A stretch of 63,971 nucleotides of DNA, counting the filler, from Ionaspis alba (lineage: Eukaryota): assembly GCA_964255285.1 (NCBI GenBank). It is 3 parts of 3 records of this genome, joined end to end, with 100 filler letters (N's around TTAATTAATTAA, not from the genome) between each part and the next. Parts side by side here need not be neighbours in the genome. Positions count along the whole stretch, not along the records: positions 23,283 to 46,455 come from CAXUUL010000191.1; 2 more parts are not named here. One strand, given 5' to 3'. The notes below the pieces were generated by a model. It ran no database searches and was not told where the DNA came from. It worked only from the letters and a program-made list of their open reading frames with translations. The translations under genes were made by a program, and so were the position numbers. Positions 28,848-39,755 of the stretch are shown here, one piece after another; position 1 is the first letter of the stretch; each line of letters opens with the position of its first letter.

Positions 28848-30925
28848 ATGATTACCTTCTCGGTCGTTATTGCTGCTTTCTTTATCTTGAATACAGAGGC
28901 CTTTGGTCATTGTTATGCTCCTGGTCCAGCGTTTCCAAAGTTCAACTTCACCGCAACAGAATTTGAAAGTTCAGGTCTGAGCTCCAAGTTGAACAGTCTC
29001 ATCAACGCTGCCTTGTCGGACGGCTACAAGCGAGAAAGATGGGATCCCAAAACCACGTCTTTTGGTGTCCAAATAACCTCTGGGAACGAAACGACATGGC
29101 AATCATATCACACCGCCGCGGCTCTAGGGAACTACACCGACGGAGAGCCAAGTCCCTTTTCTGGTGATACCGCGTTTCGCATTGCGAGTATCACTAAATC
29201 TTTCGTAGTCTATGCAGTCCTACTTGAGAACGGGATCGGATTAGACGACCCAATCACGAAGTATATACCAGCATTGCTCGAGAAGAACGCTTGGGATCCC
29301 AGACCGTTTTATTGGGATCGTATCACGGTTAGGTCGTTGGCGAGCCAGCTCAGTGGCTTGGGAAGAGGTAACGTACTATCCACAGCAGTCTACTGGGATG
29401 TGTTAGAGTATCCTGACGGATATCTTCAATAGTCGTTGATTTCGATTTGGCCGTGAAGAACGACGATATCCCCGATCCAGTGGCCGCTGGATTTCCACCC
29501 ATAACTTCTGATGATCCATTTATCATGCCGTGCTTGAAAAATTCGACAGACAGGCCATGTACAGTAGATGGTAAGTATCTATATATGGAGTCTCTCGAAG
29601 ATGAAACAGCGATCTGTAGATCCTCTTCTCCAGAAAGTGACTGATCGCTCTACAGAGCTTATCGATACTGTTAGAAACCGAAGCTCGATCTTTGCCCCTA
29701 ATGACCGATCTACATACTCGAATATTGGCTACGTTCTTCTTGGTCTTGCCCTCGAGAATGCTACTGGCAAGGCCTTCCCCGACATCCTTCAGTCATCTGT
29801 TCTACAGCCACTGGGAATGAGTGACACGACACTCACGAGACCTAAAGATTCTGAAGGTATCATTCCTGTCGGACGTAATTCATGGACTTTGGAGTTTGGT
29901 CCAGCGTCTCCGTGAGTTCTTCCGATTTCGTGACCTCTCACTCTCTACTAATGCAGACATCCAGTGCTGGTGGACTTTACTCCACTTCCAATGACCTTTC
30001 TAGATATCTTCGATCTATTCTCTACCCGACACTCCTCCCACGGAGCGTTGTCAATGAATGGATGAAACCACATTCTTGGACCGCTTCTGGGTCTAGCTCT
30101 GCGTATGGAATGCCTTGGGAGATTCTACGCTCAACGAAACTCACAAGTGATGGACGTCCAATTGACGTTATCACCAAAGGCGGTGGCCTCGAAGGCTACT
30201 TCAGTATGGTTGTCATGATACCTGAGTTCAACGTCGGATATTCAATCCTCGTCGCAGGAGACTATGCGGCTCTGGACAATCTGAATGAAAAGATCATCGC
30301 GCTCTTGGTACCTGCCGTGGAAGACATTGTCCGAGCGAAGATCAAGAAGAGTTACGAGGGAGTGTATGCAGCCCCGGGCAAAAACTTTTATGGGCCTTTG
30401 GACGAGAATTTTCTGGTCAGGCTCGCCGTTGACGACATCGGCCCAGGCCTTCGGATCGCCAACTGGACCTCCAACGGAACAGATTTTCTTTCGTTCTATG
30501 GCAAAATGAAAGGGATGCCGAACGACACCAGCCAGTGGACTGCACGGCTGCTACCTACCGGTGCAGACTGGGCTCCGACCGTGGAAATATGGCGTGCCAC
30601 CGCGGTGCCATTGAAGAAAGCGGAGGACGAGAAAAAGATATTCGATGACTATTGCTTCACAGATGTTGATAGTTTGATCTATGGGGGCTTTTCGGTGGAA
30701 GAGTTTGTCTTTCAGTCAGGTCCCATGGGCAGCATGCAGCAAGATGGTTTCAAGCCTGCTCTCCTTACCATAGAGGGTCTGAGACAAGGAATGTTCAAAG
30801 GAGAGGAATATGATGATGCTCGTGAAAGCACAACAGCAGATCAGAGCGATGAGTCTCAGAGGCTCAAAGTTCAACGTCGACAGGAGGCTAATCAGTGGCA
30901 TCAGGGGAATTGGGTGTTCAAATGA
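28848..30925 (+). CDS. Secreted beta-lactamase/transpeptidase-like serine hydrolase
   Basis: Signal peptide MITFSVVIAAFFILNTEAFG; SxxK (FRIASITKSF), LDDPITKYIP, LASQLSG, YxN (YSNIGY), PLGM, AGGLYST, TKGGG. Three introns. An alternative in-frame ATG lies at 28824. Confidence 0.9.
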
Positions 30926-31407
30926 GCGATCAACTTTTCAAGTAGCAACCTTGCACAAAGACTGGGCACTTTTGGATTGTCAGAAGCTTGCAAAGTCCAT
31001 AGCATGAGTGAAGCATCAGATTATGACATGACAGGTGGCTGGTGTCTGGTCCCCCTCTCAAGCAGCATACGGCAACTCTTGTATGTCTAGGACTTGCCCC
31101 AAGGAGGGAATCGTACCACAGAATTTCGTTTCATTTGAATCTCGCATTATGCCTATAATGTACCTCGAATCCAAATAGAATAGTAGGCCAGCTGCCACGC
31201 CTTGAGCCCAAAAAGTTGTACATAATGATACGCTATGCACCGGAACCTATTCGCACCTTGAATAGATCGATAGAGCGCCGCCGACAAACATTTAGCCCTT
31301 GAGGCTGCCATAGCAGGCCATCGAAAGCCAGAGTGGAGAAAAACAATGGACCCAGACCATAACTTCGGCCATCGTAAGATATTGACCATATTCTCTCCCA
31401 ATCTACG

Positions 31408-32206
31408 TCACGCAATCATCGCCGTGGGCGAGCTTTCTGCCGCCGGCGCTGGGGGTGGTAATGGTTTCTAAATGCATGGTCAGCATCATTCGAATATCAT
31501 TGAAAGGCCCAAGTCTCTGTAGAAGGACTGCCCTGACCTCTAGCTTTGTCCCCTCAGCCATCATCCGTTGGAATCCGATTCCCACGCCCTCGATGACGGC
31601 CAGTAAACACCCACACGCTATGGCTGAGTTCCTTGCTGCTTTCAACCCTCCTCGTACTGCCAGCGCTCCACCGGTGAAGAAGCCTGCTATTACTGTATTA
31701 TATATACATCAGCATTCGTCCCCGGCGATCAAAGCAACTGGTGTTCCGTCTTTCATCAACAGTTTCTTTCTGTTCGTCACGCAGCTTTTCCCTTCCATCT
31801 CGCAAGTATATATTTTCCTCGTAGCTCCCCACCTTTGCACTCTCAGACATAGAAATCCACTCACTAGCATTGTACGGATCCTCCTTCCTCCTCACACCCT
31901 TAACCGCACAATCGAACGTCGAAAAGAGCCCTCCCCAAACTCCAAAATTCCCTCCCAGAACCGGCGCCCTCGCTTTGATAGCTGTGAGTGCGCCGATGCG
32001 CCGTTCGCCGTAAGGAGAGTTTCGGAAGCCTTTCACACCGTGCCAGACTGCGCCGCCGATGGCCTACAGAGAAAGAACCATCAGCCGCTGTGCAGAGAAA
32101 TGGTAAGTAACGGCGGCAGGCGGATTGGAGAACATACGCCCATACAGAACGCACCGCCGAAGTCACTAAGGGTGACCCAGGGGCAAGGGTCGCGCGAGTG
32201 ATCCAT
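31408..32206 (-). CDS. TIM17: Mitochondrial inner-membrane translocase subunit Tim17
   Basis: [45 protein letters not shown]...[19 protein letters not shown]...EDPYNA|...[13 protein letters not shown]; last exon [19 protein letters not shown]. Confidence 0.96.
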
Positions 32207-34247
32207 GACCACTTAGGTAGTGATGTACAGAATACTAGAAGTGATATCGCGGATCAGGGACCGAGCTAGGTGTGGATGGTAGAAGGTGTGGTCAGGGTCT
32301 TCGTAGAGGTGCGAATGGCAAAAGGCTGAAGCTCAAGGTCGTGTATCAAAAGAAGCGCTTGTATCCAGTGAGGTGATGAGGAGACTTAGGAAGGGCTCTC
32401 TGAATTGTGGCTATCACCGATTGTGAGCTTCTTGGTTCTTAATTCATGAGGCAAAGTCTAGGGACCGAATTTTTGATGGTTGCGTCAATCGCGTCTAAGT
32501 TTCACGATTTGCCAAGAGAACATCGATATGGTCACGATTCTTTAACCACCAACTTCCTCATTGTGTTACATATTTCTATCCCTATAGTGGATTCTATCGA
32601 GGCAGCTTTGGCTGAAGAAGGGAGCCAGTTGCAGATTGCGCATTGCCCAATACGAAACTCTTTTGGAAGTGATATCTGATGTGGAGTCGAGACCATATCG
32701 TCATGGTGACTACGAATCCGAAGACATATGCGCCCGGTCAGAGGTTTGCGAACAGGTACCCCAGATATTCATTCGTTGAATCCTCGTTCTCTTCCAATCA
32801 AGCGTGCATCTGAAATTCTGTTTTTCAATAATTTTGCGACCTTTGTTCGCTCTTTGCCTCCTAATTCTGGACGTGGAAGACCAGTGCGTTGAATTGCCCT
32901 TCCAAGGTTCGGGCGATGTCAAGATATGGAGCCTGCCGATGGATCAAGCGTCTGCACATGGTAAATGAGGACTCAACCACAGACAATCAAATGTTAAAGT
33001 GTGCTTGAAAGCCGAGCCAGCAAGGCTCCTTATCAGCAAGGATTCCCACGTCCACATCCGCGCCACGTGCATCAGGTATTCCTTGCACAATGTCAGCACG
33101 GCGATCCTCCGCCTGTTTGTGCTCTTCCACAACTCTGACAGAAGTTGCTGAACCAGTCTTCTGGGCCGTTGGCGACGGAGTCCCCGGCGTGAAACCGCTA
33201 TTGGGGTGGGTGGATGGACAAAAGCGTCACAATAGTCCACTACTTAGACGAAGAGCATATCTTCGATGTCCAGATCGATATACTCTCTAGCGTCGTTAGT
33301 TTCGATGCTCTACGCTTGGCAATTCTATCGCTGATGTTGGTTTGTGATCTACTACTGTTAAGACCGAGTACCCAAACCGTTACCCGATGGTGAAAATACT
33401 AGAAGCTGGAAAGGAAGTGGGAGGACCACCACGAATTCGAAGAATGCGGCATTCTATAGATTTGGTCTGAGAAAGCCTCCTGTTGTTAGGGACCCTCCTA
33501 ATGGTATAGGATATATAGTAGCTTTCGCTGAAGACCTGGGTCCGAATAGGAAGTCTTCGTCATAGCCAGAACCAGATTTGCATATTGCTGCAGCAATTTT
33601 CTGGTGGATAAGGAGAATATCGTAGAAGCGAATCGGTACATATGACGATCAGTAGCCTTATACGTTCCGTAGCTTCTGGTACTTATAAGCTTGATGAACA
33701 GGGGCTCACTATCATACATACTTGTAGTAGCTGGGTGGAGGTATAGTAAGTGGGGTTTTAGGGCCGTCCCTTGATCCTAGTGTGCATTTTCTTATCTTCC
33801 ACATTTCGTTGGCGAGAGCCTCCCTGACTTAGCCTCGCAGGCTCGGCCTTCGCATATCCATCCAACGTTCTCTTCAACCACTGAATCGTCCACGCGATCT
33901 GTCATGAAATGCCTGCCTTCCTTCAAGGAGCTAGCCGCCGAACTCGTGCGGACGAGCAACTCACGATGAGTGGACGTTGAAAATAGCTCCAATCTCAGCC
34001 ATGCGCGAAGGATGGGCGAAGGAACGCTAAAGGATCTCAGCCCTCCTCGGAGGCTTGCAGGCTGACTTAGTCTCAAACACGTGTGGAATAATTGCAGAAG
34101 TATGTACATATCTGCACGCAATCAACCGTCGTTGTCAAAAGATGGGCATGACCTCCGCGCTTATTTTCTCATTTGTTCGATCTCTGTTTCGCATTTAGGT
34201 GCTGCTCGCTGGTTCGCGCCTTACTTTCTTATTCTTCGTCGTAATCG

Positions 34248-35865
34248 ATGTCGCGGGATATGCATGGATATCCGGGGCTTGAGGTGGTGCCTGAAAGATC
34301 AGACGGACTGCAGGTAGCAGACCATTATGCAGGCCGTGATCTGGAGACCGCACCAGGTCAATTTGAGAACGATAACGATCTCGCCATCAGACCATACGAG
34401 CAACAATACGACCATCCTCCACACATCAAGCAAGAAGGATACACACCGCTCGAAAATAATGCCATCACTCCACAGGGCCGAAGGCGGGGCATACCAAGAC
34501 TTTGGTACATCCTGGGAGCCGTCCTTCTCCTTCTAGTAATAATAGGAGCAGTTGTAGGTGGGGTCTTGGGGAGTCGCAGTCATTCTTCATCAACAGCAGC
34601 GGATTCAACGACTCCCTCGTCTTCCTCCACGGCGTCGTCTATTCATAATAGCACTGGCTTGACCTCTATTGGGTGGTTGAACACTTCTGTTAATCCGTGG
34701 GAGCAACATCACCGAGTCTACTATCAATTACCGACAAACGAGATTCGTGAGAGTGCTTGGAACTCCACTGGCAAAACCTGGTATGTCTTGAACAACAAGA
34801 TTGCGGTCGCCAAGAGCGGGTCGCCACTATCAGTGTCACTCGGTTTGAGATCTGGTGTAAGCAATGTCCATGATCGAAGGATGACCATGCATCTTCGTAC
34901 TGATAGCAAACCGAGCAGGGAATAATCATTAATCTCTTCTTCCTCGATGATTCGGGTAAGGCCAACGAGCTGGTCGGTACAGGCACAACGACATGGCAAA
35001 ATGGATCTTTGAACACCCACAACATCATTCCGGCACCCTCATCCAAGCTGACAAGTACATGGGCCTATAACAATTGTGCTAACTGCTGGCCGTCTCTTCT
35101 CGTCATATACCAAGACGAAAACAACATATTCCATCTGTTAAATTCGACTTTGGATGCTTGGGCAGCATCAAATATCCCGGCCAACGCTGTTGCCGGTAGT
35201 GGAGTCTCCATCTCTACGATGGAAATCAACAACTATGCAGATCAGCTCCGTCTCTACTACCAGACTGCTTCCGGGAACCTGGTTGTAGCAGACTGGGTCA
35301 GTCTGGCTCAATTTGCGGATGCAAGTTAGTACACCCTTGCCTTTCACTCTTCAAACCTTTTCCACGTTGTTTTTCTGATCTAATACCCTCGCAGCAACCT
35401 CTAACGCATCGGATGTTTCCGGCAGATCCGCTGGGTGGAACCTCAACGAAGACCACTCGCTTGGCCAGTTCGAAATGGAGGCGCCGGTTACATCGTTCAC
35501 ATATGGAAAGAACTCGGTCTCGGTCGACGCATATGGGACCGTCAAGGGACTTCCTATCCTTGTAGGTGTTCTGATGTCGGGCTCGAGGGGTCTGACGGCA
35601 ACCCAATGGTCAGTAATGGCAGTGTCGGACCTAGGCCGTTTTGCTAAATGTTCATACTAGGTTCCCCAAGGACAAGAACACCTATCGACCAGCATATAAG
35701 CCTGCGGCAATGGACTCTGTGAGGAACTATACTGCGGTTACGTCTCATGCTTGGGGAAGTGCATACGCATTCAACGATTCTGGTATAATAGAATTCACCT
35801 TTGACAAAAACGAAGCTGATCAGACGGTGACTTGGCGCTCCAACGCTCAAGTCGTTGCATTTTGA
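34248..35865 (+). CDS. Type II membrane protein with a fungal fucose-specific-lectin-like beta-propeller ectodomain
   Basis: Cytosolic N-terminus, TM helix LWYILGAVLLLLVIIGAVVGGVLG, Ser/Thr stalk, then repeats RVYYQLPTNEIRESAW, INLFFLDDSGKANEL...W, LVIYQDENN...W, LRLYYQTASGNLV...W. Three introns. Confidence 0.72.
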
Positions 35866-36327
35866 ACTCCTTCAGTGTTGCATCATGGCGTTTTGAGAGG
35901 TTGGGGAAAATCATTGTGTATATCTCACTATTTCATGGGTGGTCGGAGTGGTGGCATCATTTAGACCGGCGCTTTGGACACATATGTTTGCGCAGCGTGG
36001 TACATCGTTTCTTGGTCTTTATCTTTGCATCTCTAGAGTTGTGCGAAAGTCGAAATAATAATGCCAACAAATTTCAACATCCAATTTTTTGTGGAGGCCA
36101 CCTCCAATCACTATGACTACCATCCAATCGTAATTCCTTGTCCGTGGGCAAGCTCAATGACCCCTGTGACCAGACGGCAGGGAGGTCTCCTCCATACCGA
36201 ATTGGCCAAAGTCCAGGATTTGAGTGGAATTGTTGCTTCTGATTCGAATGCCTTCCACGACACATTGATTCTTCGCCCACCCGCCTCTCGTGGTGACTAG
36301 AATGGGGAAGTCGCATATGCCATAGAC

Positions 36328-37281
36328 TCAAGATAACGTGGACTTCTCCGTAAGGGTCCACGACGCGCGAATGCTTCCTAGTGAGAACCAGCGTTTTGGA
36401 TATTTGAGTGAGTACACGCGGTCCGGGTCCACATGACCGCGCCATTTCGCATCATGAGGACTCCTTCCCGAGCCCAAATTCTTCCAGACTGTAACAATGA
36501 GTATTGGGCCACGCTTCTCAACCCCCCATTCTGTCCAACAGCGTTTGCATTGCATCATACCACCACACAATGTGCACGACTTATCCTCGGAATGTTGAAC
36601 CCTGCATTGAACCTGGTGAGGCAGACATTTGTGATAATCCCCTGATGTTGTAACACCCGCACAACTGTAATGAGGGCAGATTTGTAAGCTTCTCAGGTAG
36701 AAGGCAATCCACTCTCCCGGACGCAGCACTGTTGTAAGCGTCTTCTGTATCAACAGCTCATCTCCCACAATGCGTGCCTGGATATCCATTTCTTGATCCC
36801 TCAGGCTTTCGCTAGTCCACCACCCAGACCAACCGCGGTAGAAAAACTCATCCAGTCCGATCCCATGGCTGCCACCCAGCCGATATCTTTTCATCGCGAG
36901 CTGTACGTGCTCGTACGTGATGTGATAATTCAAACCGAGCCTGAAATGTCCATTGGCTTGAATGCACTCTGTTTCTTCCAGAATGGCTCGGCCGTAAGCA
37001 GGACGAATCTGGGTCCTATGGCTATGGAGCCTCGCACAATGGTGACAATGATGCTGAGAGGGGGTGTCTCTCTCCAGCTGCGACAAAAGTTGGAATTTTT
37101 CCTCCCGCTTATCCTTCAAATTCATCCAGCATTGCGTCCCAATAGCGTTCGCCATGGTATGGCAACTCAGCGCCAGACACCCCACTGACGCAAGTGGCAA
37201 AAAGTTCGTCATATACCATAAAAGCTCCACTGGCAGCTTTGTCAGGATCAAAGACTGCTCTGGAATGGCTGTCATAGTCAT
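36328..37281 (-). CDS. Intronless F-box protein with a Cys/His-rich C-terminal region
   Basis: F-box LTKLPVELLWYMTNFLPLASVGCLALSC; motifs CHHCARLH, ICPH, CTLC...CKRCWTE, WKNLGSGRSPHDAKW. Confidence 0.8.
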   Translation of the reverse strand: MTMTAIPEQSLILTKLPVELLWYMTNFLPLASVGCLALSCHTMANAIGTQCWMNLKDKREEKFQLLSQLERDTPSQHHCHHCARLHSHRTQIRPAYGRAILEETECIQANGHFRLGLNYHITYEHVQLAMKRYRLGGSHGIGLDEFFYRGWSGWWTSESLRDQEMDIQARIVGDELLIQKTLTTVLRPGEWIAFYLRSLQICPHYSCAGVTTSGDYHKCLPHQVQCRVQHSEDKSCTLCGGMMQCKRCWTEWGVEKRGPILIVTVWKNLGSGRSPHDAKWRGHVDPDRVYSLKYPKRWFSLGSIRASWTLTEKSTLS

Positions 37282-38714
37282 CGATACGGAAATTGAACAA
37301 AAGATGTTGGAGGAATCGTTGATTGATACACTTGAGATTTTGGAAGAGATAAAGGAATAGTAAGTTAAGGTGTATATGTATATATAGTTTGAAGTATTGT
37401 GTTTGCAAGCACCACGATGATATAAGAGTCAAGGGAGCATGGATGTAGACTATATATCACAACGAGAAGTAGTGTAAGAATGAAAAAGACGCCACGTGAA
37501 TGAAGATTGTTTAGGAAATCTAGCAGTAGCTAGTTCCGTGGTGCAGAGACCCACTACGGTCTTGGAAGACGTAGAACCATGGTCATGTTCATAGTTTGAC
37601 GTCCAGTCGCTCCATTTTCAATTAACTAGCTCGTTGCAGTCTTGATGGGAGACAGATTCCTCCGAGTCCCTGAAATGCGTCAATTCACAACCATGTATAT
37701 GGTTTGACATTCAAGCAGTCCGCCTTCAGTGACAGTACCCCTGGTGGATTGAGAAGAACTTTACTGCTTAGTGTAGAAGTCAACCTACCCACATCTGGTC
37801 TCCCTAGCCTATGCGTCACAAGCATAGATCAGCTCGTCCTAATAGAAGGTTGGGATACTTTGGGATTTCTGGATCGAAGCCTAGGAATGAAGTAGGGAAC
37901 CCTCTTTCCCCGACATATCAGGGTGTCGGTGCCTCGTCCAAATTTTTCGAATCAAACCAGGAGACAGCGCATTATCAGAGCCATCCATTCATGTTGTTGA
38001 TTTTCTTGCTGTTCATCTACTCATTCTTCTGGATTTCCTGTCTATTCTGTAAACGATAAAGTGATTGCGCAAGGCGTATGAAAAGGAGATATTGTGGCAA
38101 CACATTTAAGGCAATTCTTATTACTCTTTCCGAAGTCCCAGTGCCCCAACCCTTAAGCCGGGGATACCTGGGCCATTTCAACACTTGGCAGGCTTAAAAG
38201 CGCTCCGACTACTTTACGAGGCACATGCTACCTCAGCACTGTTTTGTTGGCATCTCACAAGTTTTAGGGTTGATTGCCTGAGCACTACCCGTTTCAGCTC
38301 TAGGATTGGGGCCCCTTAACAAGGTAGGTGAGTAAGAAAACCTACCCAGCTAAGTTTAAGAGAGAATTGGGGGAAATGCCGCTAAACTTGCTATGCTATT
38401 TTCCTTAGTATGGGGCGGGTTTTGCCGCCACTCGCCTTTCCTGATTCATTAACCGACCAAATACCTCGAACATGGTCAACAAACGAAATATGGGAGGTAT
38501 GCTGTGCTACAATATCGTCGGCCTCAGCCACTGGGTCGCCGAAATGAAAACTAACAACGTTTCAAGTCAATGTCACTACCAGTGATTTCCGTGACAAGAT
38601 GTGTCTGAAGCTTTTCGTCCTTTGGAGGCACATTTAAGAGGGCACAAGACACTTACCCTATATATTTTGGGATCATCCTCCCCTATATTTCAATTTACTG
38701 TCTCCACGATTTGT

Positions 38715-39633
38715 ATGTCTCTTGGGGTTTTTTTTTATATCAATAAGCTTGCTCTGCTTCAATGCCCCCAACTTAAAAATGTGGCTCGACTGTGAAGGCC
38801 CATATGGGGCCTTCCTCTACCCGCCGAACAACGCCAGTCTTTTCTTCAACTTTCGTGATATCCTCCACACCGAATGGGCCACCGAATTCACTGACCCGCC
38901 CTACTGCACCCTGGGACTATGGTTCTGGCACCAAGGCATCGTTTGGACAAGTGGTACGTAGGAGCAGGCCCCGAGATGACAGCACAAGATACGAATACCC
39001 ATGGTGACCACAGTCTCCAACAACAACGTCCAATGTAAGGGGTCACAGGATGTCTTCTTAAACGTCGCGGATCAATATTATCTTGGACAACTGAACCTCA
39101 ACCACACTTTCACGAATGGCACTTACTACCTCGTGCGTAGCGACTTCTTCACCGTTGATTGGAAGCCCGATCTCAGTCCTGTGACATGGTCTGCTGGCAG
39201 TCAAAACACAGCATCCCTATCAATGACTACAACTCTATCCCCACAGTTAACTACGTCGACCGCAATCACAGCATCTAACACCACACTGCCCACGGCAACC
39301 AGCACGCCGACGCCAGATCCTTCCTCATCGTCGTCATCTTCGAGCTCGCCATTTGGCCCCAGTGTTGGCGGAAAAGTGGGCATAGCCTTGGGTGTTCTCG
39401 CAGCACTGGCATTGTTTTATATGGGCATTCTTGTACTGCTGCGAAGACAGAGAATGAACAAGAAGGCAGTGGCAGCCATACCTCGCAATGCTGACTCAAG
39501 CGTAGTGCAGGAGGTGGCACAGCAGCAGATGTGGGCTGAGTTGCCTTCGGCGATCGGATCGACCGAGTTGTCGAGAGGATGGGACGGGCATGAGATGGAC
39601 AGTGGAAATACTGGCGGCCGTTCGCAGATATGA
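38715..39633 (+). CDS. Single-pass type I membrane protein (Mid2-like architecture); signal-peptide region frameshifted as assembled
   Basis: ORFs 38722-38961 and 39001-39633 share a frame and can be joined by a 60-nt GT-AG intron at 38954-39013. Ser/Thr stalk, TM GGKVGIALGVLAALALFYMGILVLL-RRQR, tail with AELP/TELS/HEMD. ATG 38715 is out of frame by one T. Confidence 0.62.
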
Positions 39634-39755
39634 TGTATACATTTCTTTCAACTTTCAAATGCCTTTGATAGAAAGGGCTCAATAGGGTATCTAAGATCAA
39701 GATTTCGAGCGGTAGACCAAATCCCTCAAAGATTGCGAAACAAACCCGTATCCCA

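Noticed and set aside
31692..31864. snoRNA in the long TIM17 intron (TGATGA ... CTGA)
   Set aside because: The boxes are too close together, the CTGA coincides with the branch-site region, and there is no terminal stem or guide.
31455..32201. 248-aa plus-strand ORF, and similar antisense ORFs at 6498, 17773, 56612 and 59295
   Set aside because: They are antisense or alternative-frame shadows of well-supported genes and have no recognisable motifs.
38262..38272. AACCCTAA on the minus strand as a telomerase RNA template
   Set aside because: Only 8 nt, and I could not see a pseudoknot or CR4/5 element nearby. An Infernal search with fungal TER models would be needed.
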